Part shown: in pieces, positions 1-13,415 of the stretch | Numbering within the stretch: the first letter of the stretch is position 1 | Layout of the letters: each line of letters opens with the position of its first letter | Source: Trichoplax adhaerens | Taxonomy: Eukaryota > Animalia > Placozoa | Direction: 5' to 3' | Length of the DNA stretch: 64,000 nt | Assembly (NCBI RefSeq): GCF_000150275.1 | Contig: NW_002060951.1 | Coordinates: 126,775 to 190,774 of the forward strand | The notes under the pieces: generated by a model | The model's input: only the letters and a program-made list of their open reading frames with translations | Told to the model about the DNA's origin: nothing | The model's database searches: none | Translations under genes and position numbers: made by a program

Positions 1-3000
1 GGCATTTTCTTCTTGGCATGTCCGCTTTTGGAATTAGCACCGGTGGAGTCATGATACCTACCACCGCCGAAATGGTTCGGTATGCAAGGTAAATCATTCA
101 AGTGGTACGTAAATTTTATGCCACAGACAGAGAACGAATAATTAATGAATATATTCGAAATTAATAATGATACATTCAAAAGAAATAAAAATCTTCCTAA
201 ATATATTAGTTGCTCCTTATCGTCACGATACTTTAACAACGGTGCAATAAGTTAGATTTAGCTTCATTCTGCAAAAGCACATATTGATATTTAGGTATCG
301 AAAGACATAGTTTAAAAGAATTATGTTCATTCTGCATCACAAAACCCCGATTTTTGGAAGTTTCGTGATGCTTTATTGCTACAATTTAACTTGAGTTTTC
401 AACGTAGCAATCTCTGTTCATTTTACACTCTGATCAATTTCTATATACTGTACTGCAGTTGCATCGAAGTAAGTGTTGTAAAGTAATCGAGTATCGAGAT
501 TTTGCGTGTGGTCTTAATCGGTCGTTTACTGTATTTGCTGCAATAAAGCATCCGTATTATATAAAAAAATCTTCTTAACTATTTTTGGGAGCTAGTTACT
601 ACATTTTCGACCGCTAGTTTTTTGGATGAGTATCAATAATCTCGATTTGTGACAATCTTCATTGAAAGTTAACCAGTGAACAAGTGTACGTTCTGGTATC
701 CGGTGGAGTGGTATTTTCTAATAAATATTGGATATGCCATAGTTTCCAAACAATATTGAGCAATTATTTAACTATCGATTTGTAAGAGTATCATCTGGTA
801 CACATTTTAGATATAGTGACTGTAATTAACGTATTTGGCTATTTCATACTGAAAATACTAAATTTATACCTGTTTACCAACTCAAATAGGGAGAACAATG
901 TTGGAGATGACCTTAGCGTCTATACCTGCGTTACAGGTTTATTCAAAATGGCACAATCGTTAGGGTAAATAATTAAAACAGTAGTAAAATTTAAATCTGA
1001 ATCTATCTTTAAATTCTAATCCCAGTAAATATATCTACGATTATATGATATTAGCAACATGATAGTTAAAAATTTAGAAATAGATAATTTACCTTGGTTC
1101 TACCTAATCTCGCATCCAAGCGTAAACACAATTGTTACGTATATGTGAACGTGACCGTATGCGAAATGACAATACGGACAGACATTTTGCAAACTGCCCA
1201 TACTATTGCTACTATATGAGTATAAATGAGTACATATATTCTAGTTTATTAAAACTTCGGATAGCAAAATATCTACTTTGTAGTTGGAGTATAATCTAAA
1301 TACTAAGTATAGTATGCTTAATCAAACATTCTAGCATGATTTGTGGCCCTGCCGTTGGTTCAACTTTAACTTCTTTACCTCAACTAAAATTTCCATGGAC
1401 TAGCACGGTAAGCTTCTTATGTATAAGAAACAACGTTTACTTTAATTCAAGTATTAGCATGATATTGAATCGAAAAATAACATGACAAGCTTTAACTTGC
1501 AGCGAGATATAGTTATGAGCCTACTAAAGAATTATAACAGTCAAGAATATACAATTCGCTCTGCTTAATCACTTAACTAATTAAAATTATCTGCACAATA
1601 TTAGATATGGTACTATAGTTCTACATTGATAGATTAATCCAAGCTGCTCTTCGCATCTCACGCTATTTCTAGCAATGTTTACAATCATACGCGTGTACAT
1701 AAATGTATCGGTGCCACAAAACAGCTTTGCAACAAGATAACGCAATATACGATCAATAAGTCAATTCCTTGAACCACGTATCAAGGAACGATATCTGGAC
1801 TATCACGAACACTTTTGCTCTACTAGCAGACTACACAAAGACTTAAACGCCTTGTATTTTACGTTTGACACTAAGTTGGAGAAATTCACTTTATTTCACG
1901 ATATACTGCATTTATATACTACTCCTCAATAGTTCATGAGCCATAGTTAATACAATTAACATTGGAATCATTTACTGAATTAGATATTAATTTTAGCTAC
2001 TGCTCCCTTAATGCAGACAACAGTATTTACGAACATAGACATGTAATGACTAATGCAGAATAGTCAGATTACGATATGTCCTATCACGGAACATTTCCAT
2101 GATAATTTACAGTCTACCATAAGTAAATTACAATCACAATGATTCGAACTGTAAGCAGATGATTTGCATTCCCTATTATAACTATTAATTTCGGTATGTG
2201 TATAAGTGTCACTGTCATAAAAAGTCAGTGCTATATTAAAACACGGTATATCCAAATTAGAAGTTAACTAAATAAGGATAGTCTAACAGAATTATCCTAA
2301 CATAGATATTTCTACTGTAATACAGTATTTAACACTGTAACAATCGGTATCCTAACCGGAACCTATGATAGATACTGTAGCACTAACTTTAGCTAGAATA
2401 GTGAGAAAGAGCGGTCTATTATTAGTTCACGTTGCATAAAGTAAAATTGTAATAACGGTACTGTAATATTTAAAAGTACACAAGTGTAAGAGCGGATTTT
2501 ATCACTCGATAAATTTGTTTTGCTAAACATCTAACAGTATATTTAATCTCTATTCTAGATATTTGGTGTTGTTACTTTTTTTCAAGTAAGTGGATAATGA
2601 TATTGTAATACTTACATACTGAAATCATATATTTAGGATCTTGAAATGATAAGGTGGTACTCATTCATTATTTTTAATACTACTCCATTATTATTCTAGT
2701 TTTTAATATTTGCTGCATTTGTCCTCTATGAAACCTTTTGTGCAAAGAAATCGTAAGTAAATTTAGATAAAAATTTAAGCAAGCCAAAAACTAAATCATT
2801 CATAAACTGAAATTCTAATATATCATTTACTAAGTTAAACATGTTTATAATTAAAACATTCTTTAATATGATTATCTAGTGATAGTAATGATGGTAAGGG
2901 TAACTACAGCCAAATTTCGGCAACTGATGAAGAAGATGATGGAAATAAAGAATTCAAATCTGTAGTGGCTAATGAATCAGAAGACGAAAATATCGACAAT

Positions 3001-3015
3001 AAATCAGAAAAGTAG
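1..3015 (+). CDS. SLC18B1: MFS transporter, SLC18B1-like (3' partial, 6 exons)
   Basis: Exons ~1-88, 890-964, 1335-1407, 2559-2585, 2700-2752 and 2880-3015 splice in phase through GT-AG introns. Product: ...FLLGMSAFGISTGGVMIPTTAEMVRYAR-ENNVGDDLSVYTCVTGLFKMAQSLG-MICGPAVGSTLTSLPQLKFPWTST-IFGVVTFFQ-FLIFAAFVLYE...KSEK*. This matches the final TM helices of SLC18B1-type MFS proteins (GLF..A.SLG...GP..G). Confidence 0.75.
1146..1165 (+). repeat. Dispersed 20-mer TGAACGTGACCGTATGCGAA (copy 1 of 2)
   Basis: Identical to 41954-41973. Both copies directly follow TA-rich runs. Confidence 0.85.
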
Positions 3016-6000
3016 AACAATTTCTAACAAGTTCAATCGTAGCATAAAGTACATCTTAAGTAGATGCGACATTACGCAATAGAATTATTCCATTACTTAT
3101 AAAATGCATGCATCGCCCACCAATGATTGTGAAAGCTACAATCTGAATTTTAATTTCATATCCTAGCAAATACATAAAAAAGAAATCACAGCAAAGTTAT
3201 CTATGGATCTATGCCGATAAATTTTCTGACTTAAGTAACTGATTTTAATCTATTAATAAGACTAATTGACGTACTTAGTTAATTTAATCGATTGCTGGAC
3301 ACTTAAACTCAGCTAATATTCTATTATACAAGCATATGAATTGGGATCAATATTCAGCTATTGCTGCTACTGGGATATTAGATGATAATGTAAAGGAATT
3401 GAATAAGTTAATAACTTCTCATTCGTTGCAGACAAAATTATTAAATAATTTAGGTACTAACCAAAATAAGGCACTACTACCGCTATCATTGATGTAGCTC
3501 TGCTGATATTTATATCTAAATGATAATTAAGTGGTATTCTGTATAGCATCAGAAATCAATTTCTTTCCGCATTCCTATATATTATATATTACTGTATATA
3601 GTTGTAGTAAAGTGGTTTAATATGCTGTAGATCTGCTATTACCGAGGTATTCTTTTCACCACCTCCAGTACTGTACTAATGCTATACCACAGGTTAAAGT
3701 TCGGTAAAGAAATATGTGACATCTTTCAGCTACGGATTCCGTTTATTTACACTATCCAGAAATGTTTGTATACTAGCCAAGGATACATAGACAAAATTTT
3801 TGCTATAAACGATTGCTACCGACAAATTACCCTTTCAAATGAACGTGAACATAATCTGCACAAAGCAAATAAATTAATAGAAAATTTACAAGCTAGATTA
3901 TCTTATAATTGATAAAATCCTTATGCAAAATTCATTTACTTGTTGTTTATCTACTGTATATGTCTGAATAAATTACCTGCTTAGGTCTTTGTATTAATGT
4001 GGATATAATTATCACCCTAGGATAGGTTGTTGTAATGATTTCAGCTAATTAAATTAGTCATGTTTTAGGAAATCCAGTGATATTATGTGCTATAGAACTG
4101 TATATCTTAATAAAGTAAGGTTAAAACCTATACATTATAGCTATTTATATAAATTGTATGATATTACGCTATAGTTATTTAGTGATAAGAACTTTACAAT
4201 TTTCCTTTTTCTTAGTGTATCTATTGTAATGATATTAAGTTTATCAAACATGGTTTGACTTTGCTGTTACTAGCTGGCATTTAGTTCGTGATAATAGGTG
4301 TTTGGTATACTCTCATTAGTACGATTGCTACATGTGTGGATGTTGTAAGATACTGATATCTTTACATAGCCTATAACTATCGTATATATCTAGACATATT
4401 TTCCCGTAGTTTAATTTATAGTCATTTTATTACTTATCTAGTTAGGTATTCCGAAGGATATCTAAATCTTTGTTATCTTTAAGAGCAGTCTAGCTTCAAA
4501 GTGCTGTAGTATATTTTTTTCTGCTATAATGATGATGATAACTAACTTTTAAAGTAGAATTAATGCCAGAATATTCTTTCTGAAAGTAATCCTGATAATG
4601 TTAGAGGGAAGATATGGCTAGTTAACGTAAAGATAAAATAAATAAACTATTACAGTAGCAGCTCCATCATCTGTCTTCAAACAGCTCTGCTACATGGTAA
4701 GCGAACAAAACGAATTTATAATAATCGCTGATCAGATACAAATAAGTACCAACTTATGATGCCCTCTTACGTAATTAAGCTATTAAATATATACAATACT
4801 GTAGTAGTATTTATTATCGTTGATAGATATCAATCATAGTCATGTAGTCAATATGCCAAGGCATCACAAATTGTTTTTCTTGTACTAGTAGAAAAATTTC
4901 TGGTATCCACCTACATTGCTAATAAGATCAGGATAAAAAGTATATTTATTTCAGCTGACGGATCAGTTGTAGTTTAGTACAGTTTCAAAGAAGTAGAGAA
5001 TTTTTACGTTGTGATTTTGCTAGTATCAAAGTCCAGTATTTCAGTTCAATGGCTCATTACTCTATCTAAGATTATGTGATAGAAGATTTTAAAGTCTGTG
5101 ACTGCAAAGGGACCCTAAAAATGATCTATCGTGCTGTTCTATCAGGATTAAATGACTGAATTTATAATTATAATCACTATTGATGGAGGTAAATTAATGC
5201 AAGTGATATTTGCCATATAACATCATTTTTAATTGTAAAAATAATTTTTTCTTCTATAGCCCATCTTAAGATAATATACTATTGTGATGGCGCTACTGCT
5301 CTCACGCTTGCATTGGATAGTGTACTGCGTAGATACTGAGGGAATTTCCGCTAACAGAAAAATATGTTTGGTATTTTCAACTTTGATACGTATGTAATGG
5401 TTATGTCACGTATTTGTGGTAATCTGTCGCTATAGAAATTTATAAGATATCTCAAATATTCTTTTAGATGCGAACTTTGAGCCCAATATACCACTGTCAC
5501 CGTTATTACCATTATTATACTGGGGCTTTCTTTGAAGGATCTAGATATCTTATTTAACAGCTTTGGTACCGATGCAATGCTCGTATGTTCGCACCTCTTA
5601 GGGCTTAGATACAGTAAGACAATGTTAATGACCATAATCCTTATAGAGTTCACTAAGAAGTCATCCTTGTTCTCTAGCTTTCACCACTATAGCAAACTTA
5701 TTCCAAAATTTCTAATACGATTCATATCAAATACTTATATAAAATATAATCATTTTGAAGGGTAGAGAGTCAATTTTTTAGCTCTTAATGTATTGTGGAC
5801 ACTAATTTCTTTTCTACTTCTCCATTCCCAAACCTGTTATTATCAAATACTAAGACAGTACACGTAGTCACTTAAAAAATCTATGTAATGTTGCTAATAA
5901 AACATTAGTTGAAAACTTCAATTATTGTTATTCCAGATACTCCTGAAGTTTGATATATTCCGCTAAACAAGATAATATATTTCTATGGTATCATTCAAAC

Positions 6001-9000
6001 TAGTAAAACACGAGAAAATTTCACTTTATGTATATAGCCAATAGAAGATGATCGAATGGGGACTTTACATAGCGTCATGCTGTGCAAGTATGAGTCAGCT
6101 AGAATAGTTAAAGTAAGTAGAAGTGTTTAAACCTGTATCATCGATATCCATCAGCTAGTCTAGAGTCACTAAGACAAACATAGAAGATAAAGGAATTTCC
6201 CTTATCAAATGAAAACATTCCGTTTCCCCAAAACACCAAATAAATTGCCTATCGGGCTAGACAATAGTAAACTAACAAGTATGAGTCATTTATCAACTTA
6301 CTATCAAGGTAGGAATCGAGTGTAGCCTGTGTAATAATAATGCGATTCATAATATGATTACATATTTTGTGCTTAATAATAATACGAAATCCTTCTTGCC
6401 TAATGCTATTAATTTCGATAGGAACATTTGATAAAATCAGTCTTACAACGTTAATGGATGGAAGTGTAGACTTAACAACATGCGAGTGCTATCTATGATC
6501 AGAATGTGCAAGATAAATTTAGTAATTGCAATATTATAGTGACTAAATATTAGTTATTAGCGATAAAATAATTAACTAAATTACATGGGATCAACTTAAA
6601 GTTGAATATACGCATAAATAATGATAAGATATATATTTATGTAAAGTAGAGCAATGTATTAGAACATTATAAAATTGTCGTTTACTATATTATGCATACG
6701 AGATAAATTAAGATGATTATATTAATTCAAAGTAGAAGTTAATTTTAAGAACATCAATGTCATGTACCATAGGTGTCAACGATCATCATCCTGCATTAAA
6801 GATTGCATACTGTAAATGTATGGGTGCCATATATGTATCATTGATTATTATTTGTGGCTACTGGCCGAGACGATTTCAGAATTACTTCGTCACTCAGAAA
6901 ATGCATTATTCATACATCCAAGTAACCTTTTATTTGATAAAAGTCCAGCGTCGAAATTAGATAGATCTTTCGAAGTGGACAAATAAATCAACCTATAAAT
7001 CTTTCATGCCCATAGCAAATTTCTAGACTACAATTTATTTACTTAAATGGATGAAACCTTTGAATACCAGTTCAGACTGGTCTGTTTTAGTTACCATGTG
7101 AATGCATATTACATCAGCTCATTATTACAGTTTCTAAACCTGTTACAATGTTATACTTCATTACGTATTTGTTTATCTTCCCCAGAGCAACACGTTCGGC
7201 TAATTATAGTACAAATTTATTATTATCGCAAGGCATAAATAGCAGAAGCAAAGAGCTTTAGTTCTATTCTAAATTTGATATTGCCTGAATGATTAAGTCA
7301 AAAAATTGAAGAATATCAAGACAATGCGTTTAGATAAACAAATTACCGTGCTCCATAATCCTGCTCACGAAAGTAATTATGAACTTTTCCTACCATATCA
7401 TCGTAAAGTTTCCACCTGTATATCTCCAAACAATTATTTCGAAATATTACAGCAGTACAACAAAGAAGAATCTGATGTTAAGAGCGTTCGGAAAGATCGT
7501 TATAAAGTATCTAGATTTGGTTCCAGAAAATCGCTAATTATTGAAAGTTATCCTAAAGAGCTTTTTACCGGAGCAGCAGCCTATTGCAGCTGTTTAGGCA
7601 AAAAATGCATCATTGATATTGATGTATCTACATCCAAGACGATAATCAAGATCAGAAAGAAAGGATTCACAAGTCATGAACTGACTGTTGTAGTTTTTGG
7701 AATAGAAATTCAGAAGTAAGCTCTGAATTGACTTCGGCTAGTAAGTTACTTTAAGGAATGGTAAAAGTCTGTTCGAAATCAAAGGGGCCAATTTATTACT
7801 AATTCCTTAATATGCATAGGTTTACTTACTCAATACGTATTAAAAATGTGAATTAAATTATTATGGAGTATTATTAATCTTATTGACTTCACTGGTTGGA
7901 AGATATATTCCACTAATTTTATTTTAAGCTTTTATTTAATAATATAAGTTTCAAAAAAAAATCATTCATTGAAATGTACAAGTATAACTCGATTCAATCG
8001 AAATATCACGCTTCTTTACTATCAAATGATATTTGTTTTAAGAAACATTAGATGGATGAGATTGATTTATTAATTAGTGAATTATAACTGTTACATACCT
8101 AGCACCTACTGAACAATTTAGCTTTAATGTTTATACGTATACAGTCGACCTTATGAGCATTGAAAAATGCCTAGGTTCGAGTATTTATAGTTGCTCATAT
8201 ATATTAATTTTCTGAATTACACTCATCAGCATATGGAACTAATTAGATAATACAGTATTATATTTAAGGAAAGGAATCTGTTTTAATTTCATTTTATAGT
8301 CAAACGGAATTACTTAAAAAGTATGCATAATATCGTCCTATTACCGTTCAATATCCTTGCATAAATTAATTATCAAATTAATAGCTTTTAATATCTATAC
8401 AGATTAAACATTATACGTATATATATATGTTTACTTATATATATAATTAATAATTGATTTGCTCTAAATGTTATGAAAATATAAACTTATACGCGTATAT
8501 CAATTGGAAAGGATTTTGCTTTATTTTATGGCATAAATGAGTACACTATACTGTACTGTATAGTTTGCTGATCTTTGGTATCCTATGTTGCCTATAATTA
8601 CAGTATATAATTTACGGCTAATGATAACATTGTACAAGTCCTGCATAGCCTGTAAAATATACCATTGAGCATAATTATGTAAAAATACGATAACTGAATT
8701 CGTTCTAGAGATGAGGGAGCATTTTATATCGAAGGATTTTGAACAGTCAGCGGAAGCAGGAGCTTCTAAAAAAGAGAATTTTTCTTTAAAATCCATACTG
8801 TGGTGATGCATGAGATTTGTTGCTGTCATTAAACCAAAAAATTTGAATAAAATATTGATTAAAATTCAATTTTGTACAGCTGCCTGTACAGAGAGCTACA
8901 GTATGATTTATTGATTCATATCGTACGTATTATAGAACTGCATTTGATCTCCAGTACACTAATAAGAGTAAATGCACGCCAGCAGCACAATACTGTACTT

Positions 9001-9142
9001 TATCGTAGTAAGTGATGCTACTGATTTAGTATAGAATCAATAATAAAAGACAGCTCAAACAAAGTGTACAAAGAAATCTATGCAAAATGTCTTGCATCAC
9101 TGCAGCTGGGACTTGATGATGCAATGGATTGACCGTAGTGCC

Positions 9143-9792
9143 TTCCCAATCTCGTAGTATTCACAGTGAATTCAAAACCTGTAGAGTGTACAGTACACTG
9201 TGCAGTACGCTACGGATTGTAATCTAACAGTACGGTACAGTATAGTACTGTACAGTACTTTCTTTGCTGATACGGTACTGTACAGTACAAGCAACAGTAC
9301 AGTACCGTGTACTGTAGAGGTACTGTACACTAGTACAGTACAGTACTGTACTGTACAGTACTGTACCACTTTCTGCTCCAATCCTGTAGTATTCACAGTG
9401 AATTCGGAACCTGTACAGTACTGTACTGTACTGTACGCTACGGATTGTTTTCTAACAGTACTGTACAAGTGTACATGTACTGTACTGTACTTTCTTTGCC
9501 GATACGGTACAGTACAGTACAATTACTGTACAGTGTACAGTACCACTTTCTGCACAGTACAGTACAGGTTCATAGTCCATACAGTACTGCACTACAGTAC
9601 AGTACAGTACGCTACGGATTGTTTCTAACAGTACAGTACAGTACAGTACAGTACAGGTCCATAGTCCATACTGTACTGTACAGTAATACAGTACTGTACA
9701 GTGTACAGTACGCTACGGATTGTTTTCTAAAACAGTACAGTACAGTACTGTACTTTCTTTGCTGATACGGTACGGTACAGTACAGTACTGTA
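9143..9792. repeat. Composite satellite: GTAC(A/T) pentamer runs interleaved with five recurring 11-25 bp modules
   Basis: Dense TACAG/CTGTA runs. Recurring modules: gtagtattcacagtgaattc (9154, 9386), cgctacggattgt (9208, 9436, 9610, 9711), tttctttgcYgatacgg (9259, 9491, 9754), ccactttctgc (9366, 9543), ggtYcatagtccata (9567, 9656). Confidence 0.95.
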
Positions 9793-10755
9793 ACTTGTCT
9801 TAAAATTTCCGCGTGGCGACTTACTGAATGGATTGCCTGATGATTCGCAGTAACGCGGATGCTGGTAATTAGTATTCAGCTCTAATTAGTAATAATATCA
9901 ATCGAGTTTGAACAAGCTTGGAACGACTAGCTTTATTATTAATCCAGATACGTGTAGTTACCGTTCATCTCTTCAAGTCCGACTTGCCCAATTTCTGTTC
10001 TGGCGATATTTATTAATTAATTATTGTGCAGTATAAGGTAAGTGGTAAATAGGTATCTTTCCTCTTGCATAGTACAGCACAATTGATCGATCTAACTGAG
10101 CTTCAGCTAGTGAGCGCACATTAAGAAGCAAGCAGGAAAGTAATGTAGTGTTCTTCTTTGAACCCTGTATTCTTGCCGAACATGCTCTACTGTAAATAAT
10201 CAGAGTTATTTTTCTACGAAATACATATATATATATATTATACAGTAGCACGCGTATGGTTATGTAGTTATCACAATAGTTCATGGCAAGTGTCAGAAGG
10301 GCTTGCACTGACTTTTCATATTGAAATAGTTTCCACAATCCCATTCATCGTTCGGATCAATGATCTCATCTTTTAATAACCTTACTGGGATAGACTATAG
10401 TAAAATTTTAATCAACTTTGATCCCAGTTTTGATTCTATTACATATATTAAATTAGTTTATTCATACTAATTGTATGATGTAATATTAACTTTTCCAGTT
10501 GGTTTCTCCTTAATTAATATGCACAGCATTCGTATTTTTACTTGCTTGTTTCAGCAGCGGCAACTGCTGCACCTGTTTAGGTTGAGGTCTTATAACTTAC
10601 GGAAAGCCTACTGCTAACCACTGTACCGCCAACCATTTTGATGGAGACTTAGTTGCTTCCTTATTTACCGTTAGAAAATTTTAAGCTCAGGATTAACATT
10701 TAAATCTAACTGACTGTTGTTATTGAAGTTTAGGACGCAGCATTACTGCATCGGT

Positions 10756-12163
10756 ATGGGAACAACACAGAGTAACGGAAATACGAATTCATCTTTGCAA
10801 AGTACGGATAATAAGCCTAATCAGATAGAGCCTACAGATAAAAGTGATGCTACAGTTTCAGCCAGTGAATGTCCAATGCATGGCAAAACTTCTGATAAAA
10901 GTCTAATAACCGCTACTCATGGCTCTGATAGAACTCAACCCGATAAAAAATTATTAGCTGGCCAATGTCCTATGCATGCAAATAATGACCCACCAACTGC
11001 ATCACAAATTGGGCAATCGGTATCGTCAAACACCGGCAGTCATGCAAGCGGTAGTGAAGAAATCGTGTTAGAAAATATGGTAAGATTTATTTTTGTAATA
11101 TCTTCCTCGGGTAATATTGCAAAATGATAGTCGTGTAATTGAGTAAAAGGATCGATGTAACTGAAAGGTAATATATAATATAATATATATTGTACATTTA
11201 TACGGTTTTATTCACAATTGCGTTTAAAATGAAGGTATTAACTATATTTCATCATAATTTGTTGGTTATTTCATGTGTAATGTGATTATACGCTGTATTG
11301 CACTGATAGATGCCTCCACCAAACCAGAGGCCGTCACCTGGACAACCTTTTTCACTCTCAACTGATAGAGAAATCTCATCAATTCCGAAAGCAAGCGATA
11401 AGGAGGAGAAGTGGGTGTATCCCTCACCTCAAATGTTTTGGAATGCTATGCTGAGGAAAGGATGGAAATGGGAAGATGATCAAATTAAGAACAATGATAT
11501 GGATTGGATTATAAGGATGCATAATACTAATAATGAAACTGTATGGCGGGAAATTTTAAAATGGGAGACGCTACACGCCAAGTACATCAAATTTAATATT
11601 GGATTATATGATCTTCTTACTTCATCTTAGCATCTACACTTTTCTATGCAGTATATATATGCTCGTAGTCATAAAATCGCTTTTATTTCATGGTTGTTTG
11701 TATTAATATAGTAAATCATATGTAAGGGATTGTGATACTTAATCTTGAATTTTGTATCTCGTTGAAGGGAATGCGGTCAGCCAAAGTTAGCTCGATTTTA
11801 TGGCAAAGCTCAGGATTTCTCTCCTCGAGCCAGAATACGAAGCTGGCTAGGGTAACTCCTTGTACATATGAAAGTTTTAAGAATAGAATCCTTAATAATT
11901 CAGTAAGTTAACTTTAAGGAATTATCCTAACGCGCTCAATGATTTAAATACTTTATTATAGATACGAACTGCCATTTGATCGTCACGACTGGATCATAAA
12001 TCGATGTGGCAGAGAAGTTCGTTACGTTATCGACTTTTACGATAAAGGAGAAGTTGATCCACAAACAGGTGTTGTTGCTCTACTGGATGTACGACCTGCG
12101 TTAGATTCGTGGGGAGCTGTTTGGGACAGAGTGAAAGTGGCTTGGTGGAGGTGGACATCATAA
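10756..12163 (+). CDS. HCCS: Holocytochrome c-type synthase (cytochrome c heme lyase), 4 exons
   Basis: Exons 10756-11079, 11310-11581, 11768-11851 and 11962-12163. Two N-terminal CPMH heme-regulatory motifs, plus [68 protein letters not shown] and the terminal WWRWTS*. Confidence 0.97.
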
Positions 12164-13415
12164 ACCCTACAATTGCTATGCTAGCATACAGTACAGAAGC
12201 TATAATATTGCTACTACAAGTATACAATAATAACAATTCTTCACAACCTTGCAGATTCTTTTTGCCTAAGGAAATTTTTGTCGCATAATTACATTATATT
12301 TAGTCTAAACTGTTCATATCCTGTACATCCGTACGAGTATAGTCTGCATAGCTTTCAATGCTCTATTGTGCACCTGGCGTTAATTAAAGCAGTCATCGAT
12401 GCATATGCATATTAATATAAGTGGCAGTGTATGAAATACGTAATCGAAGTTATGATACTTTCTTTATTTAATATTACAGTGATTCGTTGAAACTGACGCC
12501 TTAATAGTTTATTCATTTATCGTTAGTAGCGTAATCTGCTTGACTACGTTTGATCAAAATCTAGTAGCGGTAAAACTTTTTATTAATCTTTTACTGTAAA
12601 TACATTGATATTCGTCGGATTTAGGTACAGTACTAAGAAAAGAAGTATGAGCTTTGATTTATACTTTTCAACAATAAAATGAAGATAAGATCCGACGGAT
12701 TAACATTACAGTAGATGAGCATTACAAGATATAACAAGATAATTTTATTCAAAGATTATACAAATTTTAATTTGCTGCAGTAACTTCCGTAAGTGCATGC
12801 TAGACTATTCTGTCAGCGAAATGCACCAATTTGCAATTTTTGTACAAATAAAAGCTATCCTTTGAAATACCTTCTCTGTGCGGACGAAATAGGAACAACT
12901 GCTGAATTTCTCGAACATTAAATGTTATCCATTATTTTGCATTATTAATCTTTTTAAAGGTATTAAACGAACTTGACAATTGAACTTTGGCATTTTAATT
13001 AATACAAATAATAATACTGTCAATGACATACGACAACTAATAAGGTTAACGTAATTTATACGACAGTCTTCCATCTGTGAGTACATTCAGCGTAATATGC
13101 TATATTAATGTAATTAGCTAAATATCAAAGACAGTAGAAACACGTAGCTTGTACATACTGCCGTAAACAAACCCACGAATCATTCTCAACTTGCGAACAT
13201 TACAAAACACATCGTATAAACAGAAGTAGCAGATTCAGAATAACACCTGTTACACAATATTATAAATGATAGGCATCAATGTAATCTTTACAAAGCTTAC
13301 ATTACTCCAAAGACTAATGATATCGCTGATGGCATAATAATATATAAGACTAGTTTAGGCAAATCCAATGCATCAACTTAACATCAATCTTTGTATGAGA
13401 TTGCTAAATTTCAAC

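Noticed and set aside
9172-9765. Overlapping ORFs on both strands rich in Y/S/T/V/Q/C
   Set aside because: These are translation artefacts of the stop-poor GTAC(A/T) satellite.
9143-9792. CRISPR-like repeat/spacer appearance
   Set aside because: The 'spacers' recur, the repeat length varies, the context is eukaryotic and there are no cas genes.
10270-10310. Selenocysteine read-through of TGA after CKPF in the putative micropeptide
   Set aside because: The spacing is not CxxU, no SECIS was recognised, and the ORF itself is unverified.
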